DNA of 63,524 nt, the filler included, from Bigelowiella natans CCMP2755 (Eukaryota; Protista; Cercozoa), in the NCBI GenBank assembly GCA_000320545.1. It is 6 parts of 6 records of this genome, joined end to end, with 100 filler letters (N's around TTAATTAATTAA, not from the genome) between each part and the next. Parts side by side here need not be neighbours in the genome. Positions count along the whole stretch, not along the records: positions 19,671 to 51,286 come from ADNK01000449.1; 5 more parts are not named here. One strand, 5' to 3'. The notes under the pieces are model-generated. The model was not told where the DNA came from, made no database searches, and saw nothing but the letters and a program-made list of their open reading frames with translations. A program made the position numbers and the translations under genes. Of this stretch, positions 25,930 through 39,300 are shown piece after piece; the stretch's first letter is position 1; each line of letters begins with the position of its first letter.

Positions 25930-27075
25930 GCACATCGCACCCTCCTTATCTTCTTCACCATCTTCTCCTCCATCTCCTCCTCCTCCACCTCCTCCTCATG
26001 AATCAGATATGAGTTGGCCAAGGCCGAGAACCTGATAATATTGCTGATAGAGTCCATGTCGGCGGCCATGTAATAATGCAGACACGCCCTCCTCCTCCTC
26101 CTCCTCCACCACCTCCTCCTCCCCTCGACCATATTGTGATCGCACAGGCTCTGCTCTATACTTCTCTTCTTTCCCAAGAAGCCCTTCCTAATCATTTCGC
26201 TTGGTGCCCCGCCCCCCCGGCTGTAAAACAGGTATAGGAACCCCGAGCTATTCCTCCAGGCCTTGAGTAAGATGGGCTGCACCACGGCCGTCTTTAAGGT
26301 GTGGATGAGCTCGCGCGAGAAGATGAGAGAGATGCCAAGCTGCTTGCAGCTTTCCATCCTAGGCCTTCAGTCGCTATCGATCCTCCCCCCTTCGAAGCTG
26401 CCGAAGGAGCTCATGGGCTCAGACCGGGTTCTCCTGCATCTTCTGAACGCGAGCGTCGGCCAGCTGACTGAGCTGAAGGCGCAGGAAGAGAAAGAGGCGA
26501 ACGACGGGGACACGGACGACGACGGGGATGACGACGACGACGACTCGGAGCAGGAGATCGAGAAGTTCGAGGACATCGATGGGAATAAGGACGCCATTTG
26601 CGAAGCGGATATGGAGGAGTTCAAAGGCCTCGCAGAGCGGATCAAGAACGCCTTCATCTACGAGGATGGCGCGCATAGAGATGAGTACGGATAGTCTCTC
26701 TGTTTGCTATCAGCGCATGCATGAGAAAGAAGAGTGGGGGGTGGAGAATGTCGTTGTTTGTGTAGTCTTTGGGTCATTCTGCTATTTTTTGTGTACCCGA
26801 TTCCGAGGCCTGGTCCCGCATTCTCTTGACATTCTCTTCTTCTCCCACCAATCCCTTCATTTAGATACTTGGACGAGTTCTTCAACGAGCCGCTTTATCA
26901 GGTTGATAAGTTCGCGTTCTTCGCGCGGTGTTTCGATGTTTTCCCGAAGGCCAACCCTCAAGCATACAATGCCTGGAAGTCGGTGCTCAACGGACAACAA
27001 AAAGCCACCATTCAGAAACTTGCAGCTGAGGGAAAGATGCGGGCGACGGAGGAGCAGAAGGGGAATCAACAATAA
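20656..27075 (+). CDS. IPO7: Importin-7/8 family (Nmd5/SAD2-like) importin-beta, multi-exon
   Basis: IBN_N start (RRAAEAAI...VRQSATILLKNMVVRHW...DRGVIKRNL), KCKKWA, WREDPAEYIRR, YRQKEAAM, HVLPEFKS..GFMQARAC, acidic loop near the C-terminus. Confidence 0.9.
22513..22600. repeat. Intronic 43-bp direct tandem duplication
   Basis: ctctaggacgacatttcttctatccttatgctttggttaatat x2. Confidence 0.9.
24825..25052. repeat. Intronic ~78-bp minisatellite x3 containing (CT)n
   Basis: (CT)n-cgtccatgata[ag]ttcacacttcccattgttctcatt repeated three times. Confidence 0.9.
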
Positions 27076-27776
27076 ATTTTAAGAATTTCACTGGTAGAAG
27101 CTCTGATGATGTCGTTTCGAACAGAATCATGCCCGCCATACTATCAATTAAGCATAGCTTCGTACGTCAATTTAGATTATGCCGTGCGCGGCGATAGATA
27201 GCATATTAGCAGATAAGTGCTGCTATCATCGCTGGCATGTCTAGATGAACACAGCAGGCGCATATTTGTATCGTATTATATTGGTCTGCACACTGCCTGC
27301 TAATATGCGATGAGCCAATGCAACTCTATAAGCACACATGCTTTGCTGCATTCATATGTGCAAGCTAGCTACGATAGAATTCAGCAGTGTTACTAGTACT
27401 GGCGCAGCTATACTGAATGGACAAACCGCCGCTGTCATGGGCGTGCCCGTCCATTTATTTTCGATCTTACACCTGCGCTCCAGATCGCGCTATGCCCATC
27501 GCGTGTCTACATACAACCTGCATGTATAGCACAGCTAGCGCAGCACTATTGTCAGCAGAGCGTGTCCTATAGAATGTCACTACTCCAGCTACATTAGTGT
27601 ACAGTAGATGAGTGCATTAGCTATCGCAGTGAAGACCGAGCTTACGATTCTAGGAGAATGATTAGGAATGTAATTTCAATCCTCAAGTACAACTAGAAGG
27701 CAGAAGCCAGCACGGCACTAGCTCATGCTAGCATGGATAGTTTAGCACTAAATTTTCGAAATCATCACATTGAGTG

Positions 27777-29396
27777 TCACAAAACAGGAACCCAATCTAA
27801 ATCTTCCGAGCTTGCTGCTTGACGACTCGCTTCCGAGGATTCCTGCTTCTTGTCATCATAGCCTTTAGGCTTGCCTTTTATTGGTCCCGGCGTTGAGACT
27901 GGCGGAGGGGCACTCATAATCGAGTTGCTACCGTTACATTTCATTGTTAAAAACCCAAGCATCCAGGCTTTTCCAGATTCCTCGAGACCAAAAAAGTCTG
28001 CAAATGATTGCCAGGAAACCCATTTTCTGCCTGTTTTGGCTTTCGCCGGAAAATTTCTCATATCATGATGCGATGCCGGTTGAAATTTTGTCTTCGAAAA
28101 ATTCTGAGTCCTTGACCAAACGTGCGGATCGAAAACCAAGATAAGGTCCTCGTTTGTACTGACACAGCGGCCTATCCCTAAAATTGCTTTGGTCTTAATG
28201 TAATCGTCCGCCATGACAGGGGTTCTCTCGCCGTCCTTCCCAAAATGGAGATAAAGCACTTCGACGAGCCACGCCAAATGGAGTTCCGACTTCGAATCAA
28301 TGACGTAATCCATCCCAAAAGTATTCTGGCTGTGCATGAGATTAAAATAGATTGTCCCATGCCTGGGCTCAAGCCACTTCTTGGTTCCTACAATGCTTGA
28401 TTTAAATACTTCTGCCTCGGACAACACCTTCTGTATCGCCAATAGGCTTGGAATTTGGATCGGCTTGTCTGTGCTGTGTTCGCCATGGAGTCTGTATTTC
28501 AAACAGGAGAGCATCATCTGCATCACGCGGTAGGTACATCCCCAACCAGCATCCTCCTCGCCATCGCATCCATAGTAGTAGAAATCTGTCTCGGTCGCAC
28601 AAAAAGCCTCTTTCACAGACTCTGCAGCGTGAAATATATCTACAAGCCCTTTCACTGGTTTACGAGTTTTCTGGGCTCTTTGACTTATCCCCTTCTCCAC
28701 CCCAGAATGTAGTTTCCCTTCATACGAACCATCAGAATAAGACGAGGGCTTCGCTCGTGCCTCAAGCTTACTGTTTTCCAAGCTTTGTTTACGCCCGCAA
28801 GTATAACATACATCGTAAGCGCAGGTATGGCAATGATGAAACGTTGGCTTTTCATTAATCCTTTTACTTTCACAGGAGTCACAATTGACAAAGGGATACG
28901 TCTTTCGATACTTCGGAGGTAGCGGCTTATCTTTCCCGCTTTCACGTAACTGCATCCAGTGACCCTTAGGGCATTTAAGTGGCCTTCTTCCACCAGTTTG
29001 AACCCGGAATAACACCCATAATGACTGCCCAAAATAGGTTCCTCGTTCGCTGTCACAGAGCTGAAACCAGCATTTGTAGGTTCCAACCGCTTTTGGAGCG
29101 GTGAATGTTATTGTGAGCTCTGTGCATTCGGCTGGCGCAACATTAGCAGGGGAGAAAGACGCCTGGAACTCAATTTCAAAGTCATACCTTGTTGCAAAGA
29201 CCTGCGGTGGATCTCTTTTGCTCCAGGGCACGGTGCCTGCGTTCTTAAGATTCCACACCTTGAGCACAGTTGCCCCTGGTGCTACCGAACACACCCGCTT
29301 ACTGTCCGGATATGTTACATCTGAGAGAAACTCACAGCTATACTTACGCTTATTGGACACGGAACGCCTTGGCGTCGATTGAAAGAAGGATTTCAT
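27777..29396 (-). CDS. NBR1-type FW (Ig-like) + ZZ-like zinc finger + peptidase C78 (UFSP1-like) protein with C-terminal LIR-like motif
   Basis: FW: FLSDVTYPD...VAPGATVLKVWNLKNAGTVPW...VAPAE..LTITFTAP..GTYKCWFQL...YFGQSLWV. ZZ-like: CDSC...FHHCHTCAYDVCYTC. C78: YYYGCDGEEDAGWGCTYRVMQ, IPSLLAIQKVL, PVM...KAILGI, LVFDPHVW. C-terminus SEDLDWVPVL. Confidence 0.88.
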   Translation of the reverse strand: MKSFFQSTPRRSVSNKRKYSCEFLSDVTYPDSKRVCSVAPGATVLKVWNLKNAGTVPWSKRDPPQVFATRYDFEIEFQASFSPANVAPAECTELTITFTAPKAVGTYKCWFQLCDSERGTYFGQSLWVLFRVQTGGRRPLKCPKGHWMQLRESGKDKPLPPKYRKTYPFVNCDSCESKRINEKPTFHHCHTCAYDVCYTCGRKQSLENSKLEARAKPSSYSDGSYEGKLHSGVEKGISQRAQKTRKPVKGLVDIFHAAESVKEAFCATETDFYYYGCDGEEDAGWGCTYRVMQMMLSCLKYRLHGEHSTDKPIQIPSLLAIQKVLSEAEVFKSSIVGTKKWLEPRHGTIYFNLMHSQNTFGMDYVIDSKSELHLAWLVEVLYLHFGKDGERTPVMADDYIKTKAILGIGRCVSTNEDLILVFDPHVWSRTQNFSKTKFQPASHHDMRNFPAKAKTGRKWVSWQSFADFFGLEESGKAWMLGFLTMKCNGSNSIMSAPPPVSTPGPIKGKPKGYDDKKQESSEASRQAASSEDLDWVPVL

Positions 29397-30215
29397 GAAC
29401 TAAACTGTTGATAATTGACGAGAGCGAGGGTTTCATCTCTGCCCCATGACGAGGAAGTGATTCGAGTGGGGTTTTGCACTGTTTCACAAATGGTCGTCGG
29501 GAGTTCATCATACTACCAACATTAGACCCTCGAAGTTTCTCGCACTGAATTCTTCCGAAACGAAGCTCCCAACTTTCACCAAAATCGACAAGCTGTTTCA
29601 CGGCTGCGTCAAGGGATTCCTGCAGCCTTCCCTCGTGTCTCGGGATAACTCAAGACAAAGATCAGTGGCACGATTTGTCTCAATCTTAATCATTCCTACC
29701 AATGGCACTTTGCAATCCTCTCTACTTTCGAGGGAATCCCTACAGTTTATATAAGATACATCTGATTTTGTTTGTCGTTTTCAAATTTTTAAAAGATCAG
29801 CTCGATTTTCTTCCGTATCAATCTTCAGACAACGTTGAAATTTAAACGAAGCGTGATCTGCCCTCGACTGAATCGGCAGAACACTGTTTAATTCAATGTT
29901 TTTTCCTCCTGCGACATGATTTCCTTCATGACGCTCCTAAAAGTTGGTATCACATCGATCTGAGTAGGCCAGGGAGCTCTATCTCAACTGTCCCCCAATC
30001 CGCCTCCCGTGGGGAACTTTTGATCCCAACGAATCCTCTCACCGACAGGGAAGGACACTGACAAGATAGAAAGTGTCCGGGCACTTGAAAGAGGGCGCTC
30101 AGATCAGTCCCGATCTCTCCCGTAGAAAACTGCTACCTTAATACATATCTGTTCCTCGTTTGCCGAGGCGGCGCCCATTATTTTACAGAGGAAATAGTGA
30201 AGAGGAGGGAGCACG

Positions 30216-31475
30216 ATGGAGGAGAAGGCGGTCTCATTTACCATGGTGAGCTCTTACCTGAGCGGACTTGCCCAACTGGTTCTCTCTGTGGAACCAAAGA
30301 CAATCATGGCGGCCCTTACTGATGCAGAGGCCACTGTCGACAATTTTATCCAGAAGGGCCATGTGCGGAGGCTAGCTATATCAAGAGAAGAGCGTGAGCC
30401 TGCCGATGGCCCGTGCATTACTATCCACACAGATGCTATGACCGGTGCGAGAGTAAAACGCTCGATATCTGTCATCTTCGTAAAGTGCATCCCGACACTA
30501 GAAGCGGATAAACCTCTGGGACAACAGATTTATATGTGCCAAGTGAAAGACGGAGCGCCTTACGAAGCTATGCTAAACTTCGTGCGCCATGCATTCTTGC
30601 CGTACAGTAGATCAATCATGGCGACTGACAAGGAGGATGCGAAGGATATGACAGACTTCAACATTCTGAGAACAGTGAATAGCACATTAAGTGAGCTGGA
30701 AATTAGCTTGCTAAGATGTCAGCAAAATATTGAGATTCCGCAGATTGTCTTAGAGATTCACCCTGTAATACAAGAAATCGTGAGCAGAAAGCCAGAAGAG
30801 GGAAAGATAACAATGGAAGACCTTCCGAAGCTTGATACCGACAAATTTCTGAATGAAATTACGAGCATGAGCGGAGACTGGAAAAAACTCATAAGCTCTG
30901 TTACGAAGCTGGACAGAGATGTTGCTTCCGGGAGTACCAAGGAGGAAATTCACTTCTGGGTGAGCATGGATAGCACATTGAAGAACATTGACAAACAGTT
31001 GAAGAGCAGGGGGGTCGAGTTCACATTTCAGATCCTGAAACAGAACCAGAGGTATCTAGCTACGACAGGGTTCCGAGAAGAGTGCGGGCTAGATCAATGC
31101 ATGGAGAAAGTACGAGTTTACACAGATATTTTGCGCGATTTTCCCATCCGTAATCTTATCGAAGCGGTAACCATTGGCGACCTCACGAACAGTATCACTT
31201 TGGTCTTTAAGCACATAAAGAGTAAGAAGATAGCGAAGAACCAGTACCCTCTTGAACGAGCTTTGGGCCTGATACGTACCATTTCCCGTGACGTCTCTCT
31301 GCAAGTCCGCAGCCTGCTTAGCGCTAAAGACCCGATGAACCTCTCCTTTGAGGATTTCCAAAGGGTTAGTAGCATGCCATTCGTTCCGAGTAGTAGTTAG
31401 TTGTGCACAACTGCTGATCGAAATATCTTATGTTGCCTCCTTTTTGAACTGCCCAACCATAACAAATCCATAGTT

Positions 31476-31511
<36 letters not shown>

Positions 31512-33285
31512 TAGAGAGAGAGGAAGGGGAAGGAGAAGAAAAAGACGTGCGCGCACTCTGGGCATACCTCTTCGTCCAACATCTACTGTTCACCTGCTGC
31601 TCGATATTAGTGATATTATTGGTGTGTTTTTCTTAGGTGGCGAGCGATTGCAAAAACCTTTTCCGAAAGTGGGAGCAATGTGTAGAACTGTTTATGGGGG
31701 AAGTTAGAAAGGCTAGAAGAGCGACTCGTGACGCCAGCTACGAGCACGAAACTTATCGGGAGTTCTCCAATCTCAAGAAGCGAATTGTGGAGGTCCGGAA
31801 GATCCGAAAGGAGCACGACCAACTAATTCGGGTCATTGACTCGACGCTAAAGGAAGACCAAATTGTCCGCCAGTCCTCCTTGAAGCAGATTGATGACGCC
31901 TACGAATTCCTGAAAGGGGTGCTACTATTACTATTTCTAAGACAGTGCTACCTATTTTTAAAAAGTTCCTTGCAAAAAAATGACAACAATAGTGCTCTCA
32001 TGCTGCATGCACTATCCGACTACCTACTATTAAACAGGTTCCCACTATGGACACCTCGAAGGAGGTCAATGACGGTTGGAAGTTGGCTGTTCGCAACTAC
32101 AACGCCAAGATCGAGTACGTAGAGGCGGAGCTTGAAGAGAGGATCCGAAGCCTTCTTGATAAGGCGAAAGGTAAAATCCGTTTTGTGCCTCATTTTCATA
32201 GTCGCTCTCGCCCTCAATGCCCCCCCCCCCCCCCCCCCCAATACACAGGAGACGCAAACGAGATGTTCCGAGTGTGCTCGAAGTTCAACGATCTGTTTGT
32301 AAGGCCAAGAATCCAGGCTGCTATCCGTTCCTACCAGCAGCCTCTCATCGAAACTGTCAAAGCTGGAATTAACACCCTGCACGACAAGTTCAAGATTCAG
32401 TACAGCCGCAGCGAAGCTTCCCGCATGAGCCGCCTTCATGACTTGCCGCCAGTTTCTGGAGCCATCATCTGGTTGCGACAAATTGAGAGGCAGCTCAAAC
32501 TTTACATGAAGAAGGTCCAGCGCGCGCGCACGCACACACACACACACACACGCGCGCGCGTACACAGAAACACATTTGTATAAATATATGTATAGATATA
32601 TTATATAGTATACCTACTTGTATCTAAATATGTGTTTGCGTCCTTGATTTAATCATTTAATCATGCAAATGTGTTCATTTTTAATATAAATCCACGTGTG
32701 CATTGACGTGCGCGTGTGTGTTTGTGTGTGTATGCTTTAGGTTGAGGACATCCTCGGCAAGAAATGGCATCATCACGTCGAGGGAAAGAATCTGAGAAGG
32801 ATTTACGACATCTTCAGGAAGAAACTAGAGACTGCGATCCAGAGAGACCAGCTGGAGGGATGGATCAGAAGGTGGAAGAAGCCGGCCTCCTCGCAAGCCT
32901 CTCAGGGCGTGGTCTTCAAGATCGACGAGATCAACGAACAGCCCATGCTCGCCGTTAATTTTGACAAGAAGCTTATCACACTGTTCAAAGAGGTCGGTGG
33001 GAGACGGGAATGATGATTAGAATAACCCCTGGACGACGATGCCCATCGTTGCTCATGTGCGTTGGCGGCCTATCTGCACGGACTGTGTTGAATGCCTTTG
33101 TGATGATAACTAGGTGCGAAATCTGTCGAATATCCCTAACGTGAGGGTGCCCTATGAGATCCAGATTCAGGCGAACGAAGCAAAGATGAAGTACCCCTTC
33201 GCCGTAAGATTGGAAGAGGTTTGGATTTTTTTTTTAAGTTTGTGGACGAAGAAGACATATGGCTGATGCTCTTTTTCGACCTCGA

Positions 33286-33331
<46 letters not shown>

Positions 33332-36300
33332 GCTTGCGACTACTACTATTATTACACCACTACCACTACTACTACTACCACTGCTACTGCTGCTACTATA
33401 ACTGCTCTTCTATTTGTCCGCACCCCGCCCCCACCACCACCAGGTTCTCAGAATATACAATCGCACATGCGCTCGCATAAACAAGTACCCATTGCTCGAG
33501 CCCATGGTCGCCCGGATGAAGAAGAAGGTCCAGGACACCATCTACCGAGGGGTTGGAGATGGCTACCACTGGACGAGCGAAAAGCTCAAACCCTTCGTCT
33601 CCAGCCTCGGTTCGCTCACCCAGGTCTTCCAGGACAACGTGGACAACCTCATCACCAAGGGGGCGCAGGTCAAGGAAGCCATCCTCAAGCTGACGAAGGT
33701 CGACCCGGAGCCGAAGGCGCTCGAAGGCGTCGTGCAAGAGATCCAGAGCTCCGTCGACTACCTGGAGAAGAACGGTTACTCAAACCTAGGGCACTACGTC
33801 AGCGAGCTCGACGAGCAGCTGGAGAATATCCTCGCCAAACGCCTCAAGCAGCTGATAAAGCAGTGGATGGAGGGCGTCGACATCCCCTTCGACAAGCTCA
33901 AGGAGATGGAGATTAAGGCGGCTGTGAGCGAGACGGAGGAGGAGGACGCTCACATGGTAAAGACTCGGCAGCTGCTGAAGATCATGTCCGCAGAACTCAA
34001 GGATCCGATAGAGCACGAAATCAACCTGCGCAGCAACGTGCTCAGCCTCGAGCCTCCGATGCAAACGGCGCGTCTACGTCTTTGCCAGTCTCTGAACCAC
34101 GTGGTCAGTGTCATCTGCAGCCTCCCCCGTATCAACTGCTGGTCTACGAAGTCCATGAAGACCGATATGACAAAGAGCGAGCAGCTTCGAACGCTGACGT
34201 ACAGCACCTCCCTGGAAAAGATCGTCACCGACGATATCAATGCGTGCATGGAGAGGATCGAGGGCATCATGATCCATGCAGAAGAATACGTTTCGAAGTG
34301 GCTGCAGTACCAGGCGCTCTGGGATATGGACGTTGATATGATTTTGAAGGAGGTGCAAGGCAATGTGCATTGCTGGGAGGACCTCCTGCGCGACATGAAG
34401 GTCTCTCGTAGGGCGTTTGAGAGCTCGGGAAGGCTGCAGCAGCACTTTGGGCCCATAGTTATAAAGTACGGCACCGTGCAGCAGAGGGTTGTCAACAAAG
34501 TCGACAGCTGGCACAAGACCATCATCGGAAACTTCGCCAATGTGCTCGGAACGATGATGCGCAAGTCCTTTGCACTCACGAGCGAGGGGCGCAAGAAGAT
34601 GGAGGACCTCACGATGGACTTCAAGTCGACGGAGGAGCTTATTGCCAACGTCACGATCTTGCAGAAGCTCAAGAACGATTCCGTGGCTCTGGAGAAGGAT
34701 ATCAAGGCTCAGGTTGGAGTGGAGAAAATGCTTGAGAGGCAACGCTTTATCTTCCCAGCGAATTGGTTGTACAGTGACGGCATGATTGGCGAGTGGACAT
34801 CCTACCAGCAGATCTTAAGAATGAAGTTAAGCTTGCTGTCACATAAAACTCCTATGCTCCAAAAGAGTATCACAGACGAAGACATAAAGATTACGGCCAA
34901 GATCAAAGACTTCATCAGCTCATGGAAAGACAAGAGGCCCGTCGAGGGTAATTTAGACTTCAGAAACGTCATCAAGTCGCTCACGTTGTTCCAGTCGAGC
35001 CTCACAGGGCTTGAGAAGGAGCTCGGGGATATCGAAAACGCGAAGCAGGCGCTCGAAATGCCTGTGAGGGCCGAAAAGGCTCTTGCCCCGGTGAAGGAAG
35101 AGATTCTAGGACTGCAGGAGGTCTGGGAGCATCTCGGAAAGATTTGGGAAGCTTTAGAAGCTCTCGGCGAGAAAAGTTTCCAGAGCGTCCGTCCTGAGGC
35201 CGTTCGCGGAGAACTCAAGCGAATGCAAGGGTCCCTGTCGAACCTCTCGGGTGAGATGAGATCCTATGATGCCTTCGATTTCCTCAAAAAGCAGCTTGAA
35301 AGCTACCAAAAACTCTACGTCCACTTCGTGACGCTGCGCTCTCCCGTGCTCCGAAAGAAACATCAGCGTCAAGTCTTGAAGGAGCTGCGGATAACTAAAA
35401 TATGGGAGCATCTGACCGTGATGGACCTTTGGAAGGCCGACCTCCAAAGGCACAAGGAGGCCCTCCTCGCCATCCAAGAGACAGCACAGGGAGAATCGGC
35501 TCTGGAGGAGTATCTTGCAACGGTTGCCACGGCGTGGGAGGAAACCAAGTTTATACTCGCCGAGTACGACCGAAAGTGCTACCTCATCCGCAACTGGAAC
35601 GACATGTTCAAGCAGCTCACGGAGCATCTCACGGATCTCGCATCCATGCGCCAATCCCCTTTCTTCAAGGTCTTCGAGCGGGAAGCGCTCAGGTGGGAGC
35701 AAACCCTGAACCTCGCGCAGGAGATTCTCGAGGTATTCTCGGAGGTGCAACGCAGGTGGATCTACCTGGAAGGCATATTCTCCAGCAGCGTGGACGTCCA
35801 GACGCAGCTGGCTTTTCAGTACCGAAGGTTCAAGACTTTCGATCGTGAGTTCGTGCGGCTAATGCGCGAGATCAAGCTCGAGTCCTCGACGCTGTACTGG
35901 TTTAGCCAGGAGCGCGCGCTGCTGCCCCGCCTCGAGCAGTACCGGGACATCCTGACGACCATCCAGAAGGCCCTCGGTGTGTACCTTGAAAAGCAGAGAT
36001 CGCAGTTCCCCCGCTTCTATTTTGTGGGCGATGATGATTTGCTGGAGATAATCGGGAATGCCAAAGATCCCCTCAAGGTCATGCGCCATCTACCGAAGAT
36101 GTTCGCGGGCATCACCTCCCTCACCCTTGAAGACAAGAACGTGGTTGTAGGAATGAATTCGAGGGAGGGGGAGCAGGTAAGCTTCGAGAAGAAGATTAGT
36201 GTGTCGCAGTGCAAGACCGTCCACGAATGGCTTCGAAAGGTTGAGAACGAGATGAAAACAACGCTAGCGGGGAAGATCGGGAATTGCGTGATGCTGGCCA

Positions 36301-39300
36301 AGCAGTTCGCTGAGAAGGCTGACGAAGACATGCTTTGCAAATGGGTCGAGCCGTCGCCAGCACAGGCAGTGCTTCTTAGCTCGCAGGTCGGATGGTCAGC
36401 AGCGGTCGAATCCGCCCTTGCTAGCGCACCTTCGAAGAGAGACAGAAACGCCTCTGGGATGGCGCTCAAGCCCTGCCTGGAGCAGAAGGAGCAACTCGTC
36501 AAGCTCATGGCTGAGAAGATTCTCGCTCCGATGAAACCGGAGATCAGGAAGAAGTACGAGCAGCTCATCACCGAGGTCGTGCACCAAAGAGATGTAATCC
36601 GGTTGCTGATCGAGTGCGGGGTGTGCTCCGAGAGCGACTTCGAGTGGCTCGCCAACCTACGATACGCTTGGGATATGGAGACGAAGGACTACAGTGAGAA
36701 ACTACAGATCAAGATCGCCCGTGCCCAATTCACCTACGGATTCGAGTACCTAGGGGTCGGCGAAAGGCTGGTCCAAACGCCGCTCACAGACCGCTGCTAC
36801 CTGACTCTATGCGAGGCCCTCCACATGCGAATGGGCGGGAATCCGTTTGGCCCCGCTGGAACGGGAAAGACAGAGAGTGTGAAAATGCTTGGAACGCAGC
36901 TCGGTCTCTTCGTGCTTGTGTTCTGCTGTGATGAGTCCTTCGATCTCGCCGCCATGGGGCGCATCTTCGTTGGGCTGTGCCAGTGCGGGGCTTGGGGATG
37001 CTTCGACGAGTTCAATCGCCTGGAGGAGCGCATCCTCTCCGCCGTCTCGCAGCAGATCCAGATCATCCAAGAGGGCCTGAAGCAGGAGGCTGAGTTTATC
37101 TTCCTCGGCGAGGACAAGAAAGTCCAGCTCAACAACAAGATGGGCATCTTCGTAACGATGAACCCTGGCTACGCGGGGCGGTCCAACCTTCCCGATAACC
37201 TCAAGCAGTTGTTCCGTGGCATGGCCATGATGAGGCCCGATCGAAACCTAATTGCCCAGGTGACTCTCTACTCCCAGGGATTCAGAACCGCGGAGTTCTT
37301 GTCGCCGAAGATCGTGTTGCTCTTTGAGCTTTGCAAAGACCAGCTCTCAAGCCAGAGCCATTACGATTTCGGCCTGCGATCCCTGAAGAGCGTGCTGCGC
37401 TCCGCGGGAGGTCTCAAGCGCAAAGACATCGCCGCCTCCCAGCACGGCGAGAACCCGGATTGGAAGGAGATTGAGCAAAACCTGCTCGTGAAGAGTATGT
37501 GCATGACCGTGGTGCCCAAACTCATATCTCAAGATCTTGGGCTGTTCAAGAACCTGCTTCGTGCAGTCTTCCCGAGCTCCCATCTGTTGCCTCCGAACGT
37601 CGAGAAGATCCGCGAGGCCGTCATCGAGATTTGCAAAGAGAAGCAGCTTCTCCCGACCGACGCGTGGATGACGAAGATCATGGAATTGAATCAAGTGCAG
37701 AGTATCAATCACGGGGTCATTCTTGTTGGCCCGTCGGGAACGGGCAAGTCTTCCGCTTGGAGAGTCCTTCTCGAGGCCCTCGAGCGGGTTGACGAGACCA
37801 AGCAGAAGAGCAAGTTCCACATTATCGACCCGAAGGCCATTTCCAAAGACGAGTTGTATGGCACCCTCGACGCCACCACTTTGGAGTGGACAAACGGGGT
37901 GTTCACGTTCATCCTGAGGAAGATTCTGGATGATGTGCGGGATGATGACGCCCGTCACTGGATCATCTTTGATGGGGACGTGGACCCAGAATGGGCTGAA
38001 AACCTCAATAGCGTCCTGGATGACAACAAGCTGTTGACACTGCCAAACGGGGAGCGCCTTATGCTGAGCGATAACATTCGAATCATATTTGAGGTGAAGG
38101 ATCTCAACTATGCAACGCCAGCCACCGTGAGCCGATGTGGGATGGTGTGGTTCAGCGAGGAAATTGTGACAACCAACATGATCTGCAGCAACCTATTGCA
38201 GAAATTGTCGACGCAACCCATTAGTGGCGTGCCTGATACCGTGCGAAAGCGCTGGAGTAACGTCCAGCGGGAGTGCTGCTCGATTGTCAAATCTGAATTG
38301 CGCATTAAAGTGGTGGAAGACTGCAAGACATTGAACGACCTCTCAGAGCAGGACAGCCCATACATCGATCACATCTATGATTACTGCAAGGCCCAAGCCA
38401 ACATCATGCCCCTCGAGAGGATGCAAGGCTTGGGAACGCTCTTTTCTCTCTTGTCTGGGGGGATCTCACGGGTGATTCTTTACAACGACACGCATCCTGA
38501 TTTCCCGCTGAACAAAGTGCAGATTGAGAAGTTCATGAAGCGGTACATTGTAATGGCCGTCTTGTGGGCGTTTGGAGGAGCCATGTCTCTCGCGGATCGA
38601 AACGCCTTCTGCAGACATCTTCCCACACTCACCAACGAGGCGCTGCCGCCCCTGGATGAAAAGTCTGTCGAGAGCGGACTCGGCGGGCCCCTGATCGACT
38701 TCGACGTCCGTGCTGACTCTGGGGAGTGGGAGAAGTGGAGCGAGCACATCGGCCAGGTCGAGCTCGAGCCACAGAACATCCCCAAGCCCGATGTTGTGAT
38801 AGAGACTGTGGACACATATCGACACTCGGTGATCATTCGCGACGTGGTACTCGACCACCGACCCTTGATCCTCTGTGGCCCGCCAGGCTCAGGGAAGTCC
38901 ATGACCTTGACAGCTGTGCTCCGTGCTCTTCCCAACTTCGAGCTGGTGACGCTCAACTTCTCCTCGTCCACCGATCCGGCGCTCTTGAGGAAAACCCTCA
39001 ATCATCACTGCCAGGTACAGAGGACCTCCAGAGGACACGTCATGAGCCCAATCCAGCAGGACAAGCGCCTGGTGATCTTCTGCGATGAGATCAACCTTCC
39101 TGAGACGGATGGTTACAACACACAGGCTGTGATCACCTTTCTTCGGCAGATTCTCGAGCACGGAGGCTTCTGGGACGCCAAAGAGCTCGTCTGGATCACC
39201 CTAGAACGGGTACAGATCATCGGAGCGTGCAACCCTCCAACGGACGCGGGACGCGTGCCGATGACACCCCGTTTCTTACGTCACACAATGGTGCTCTTCG

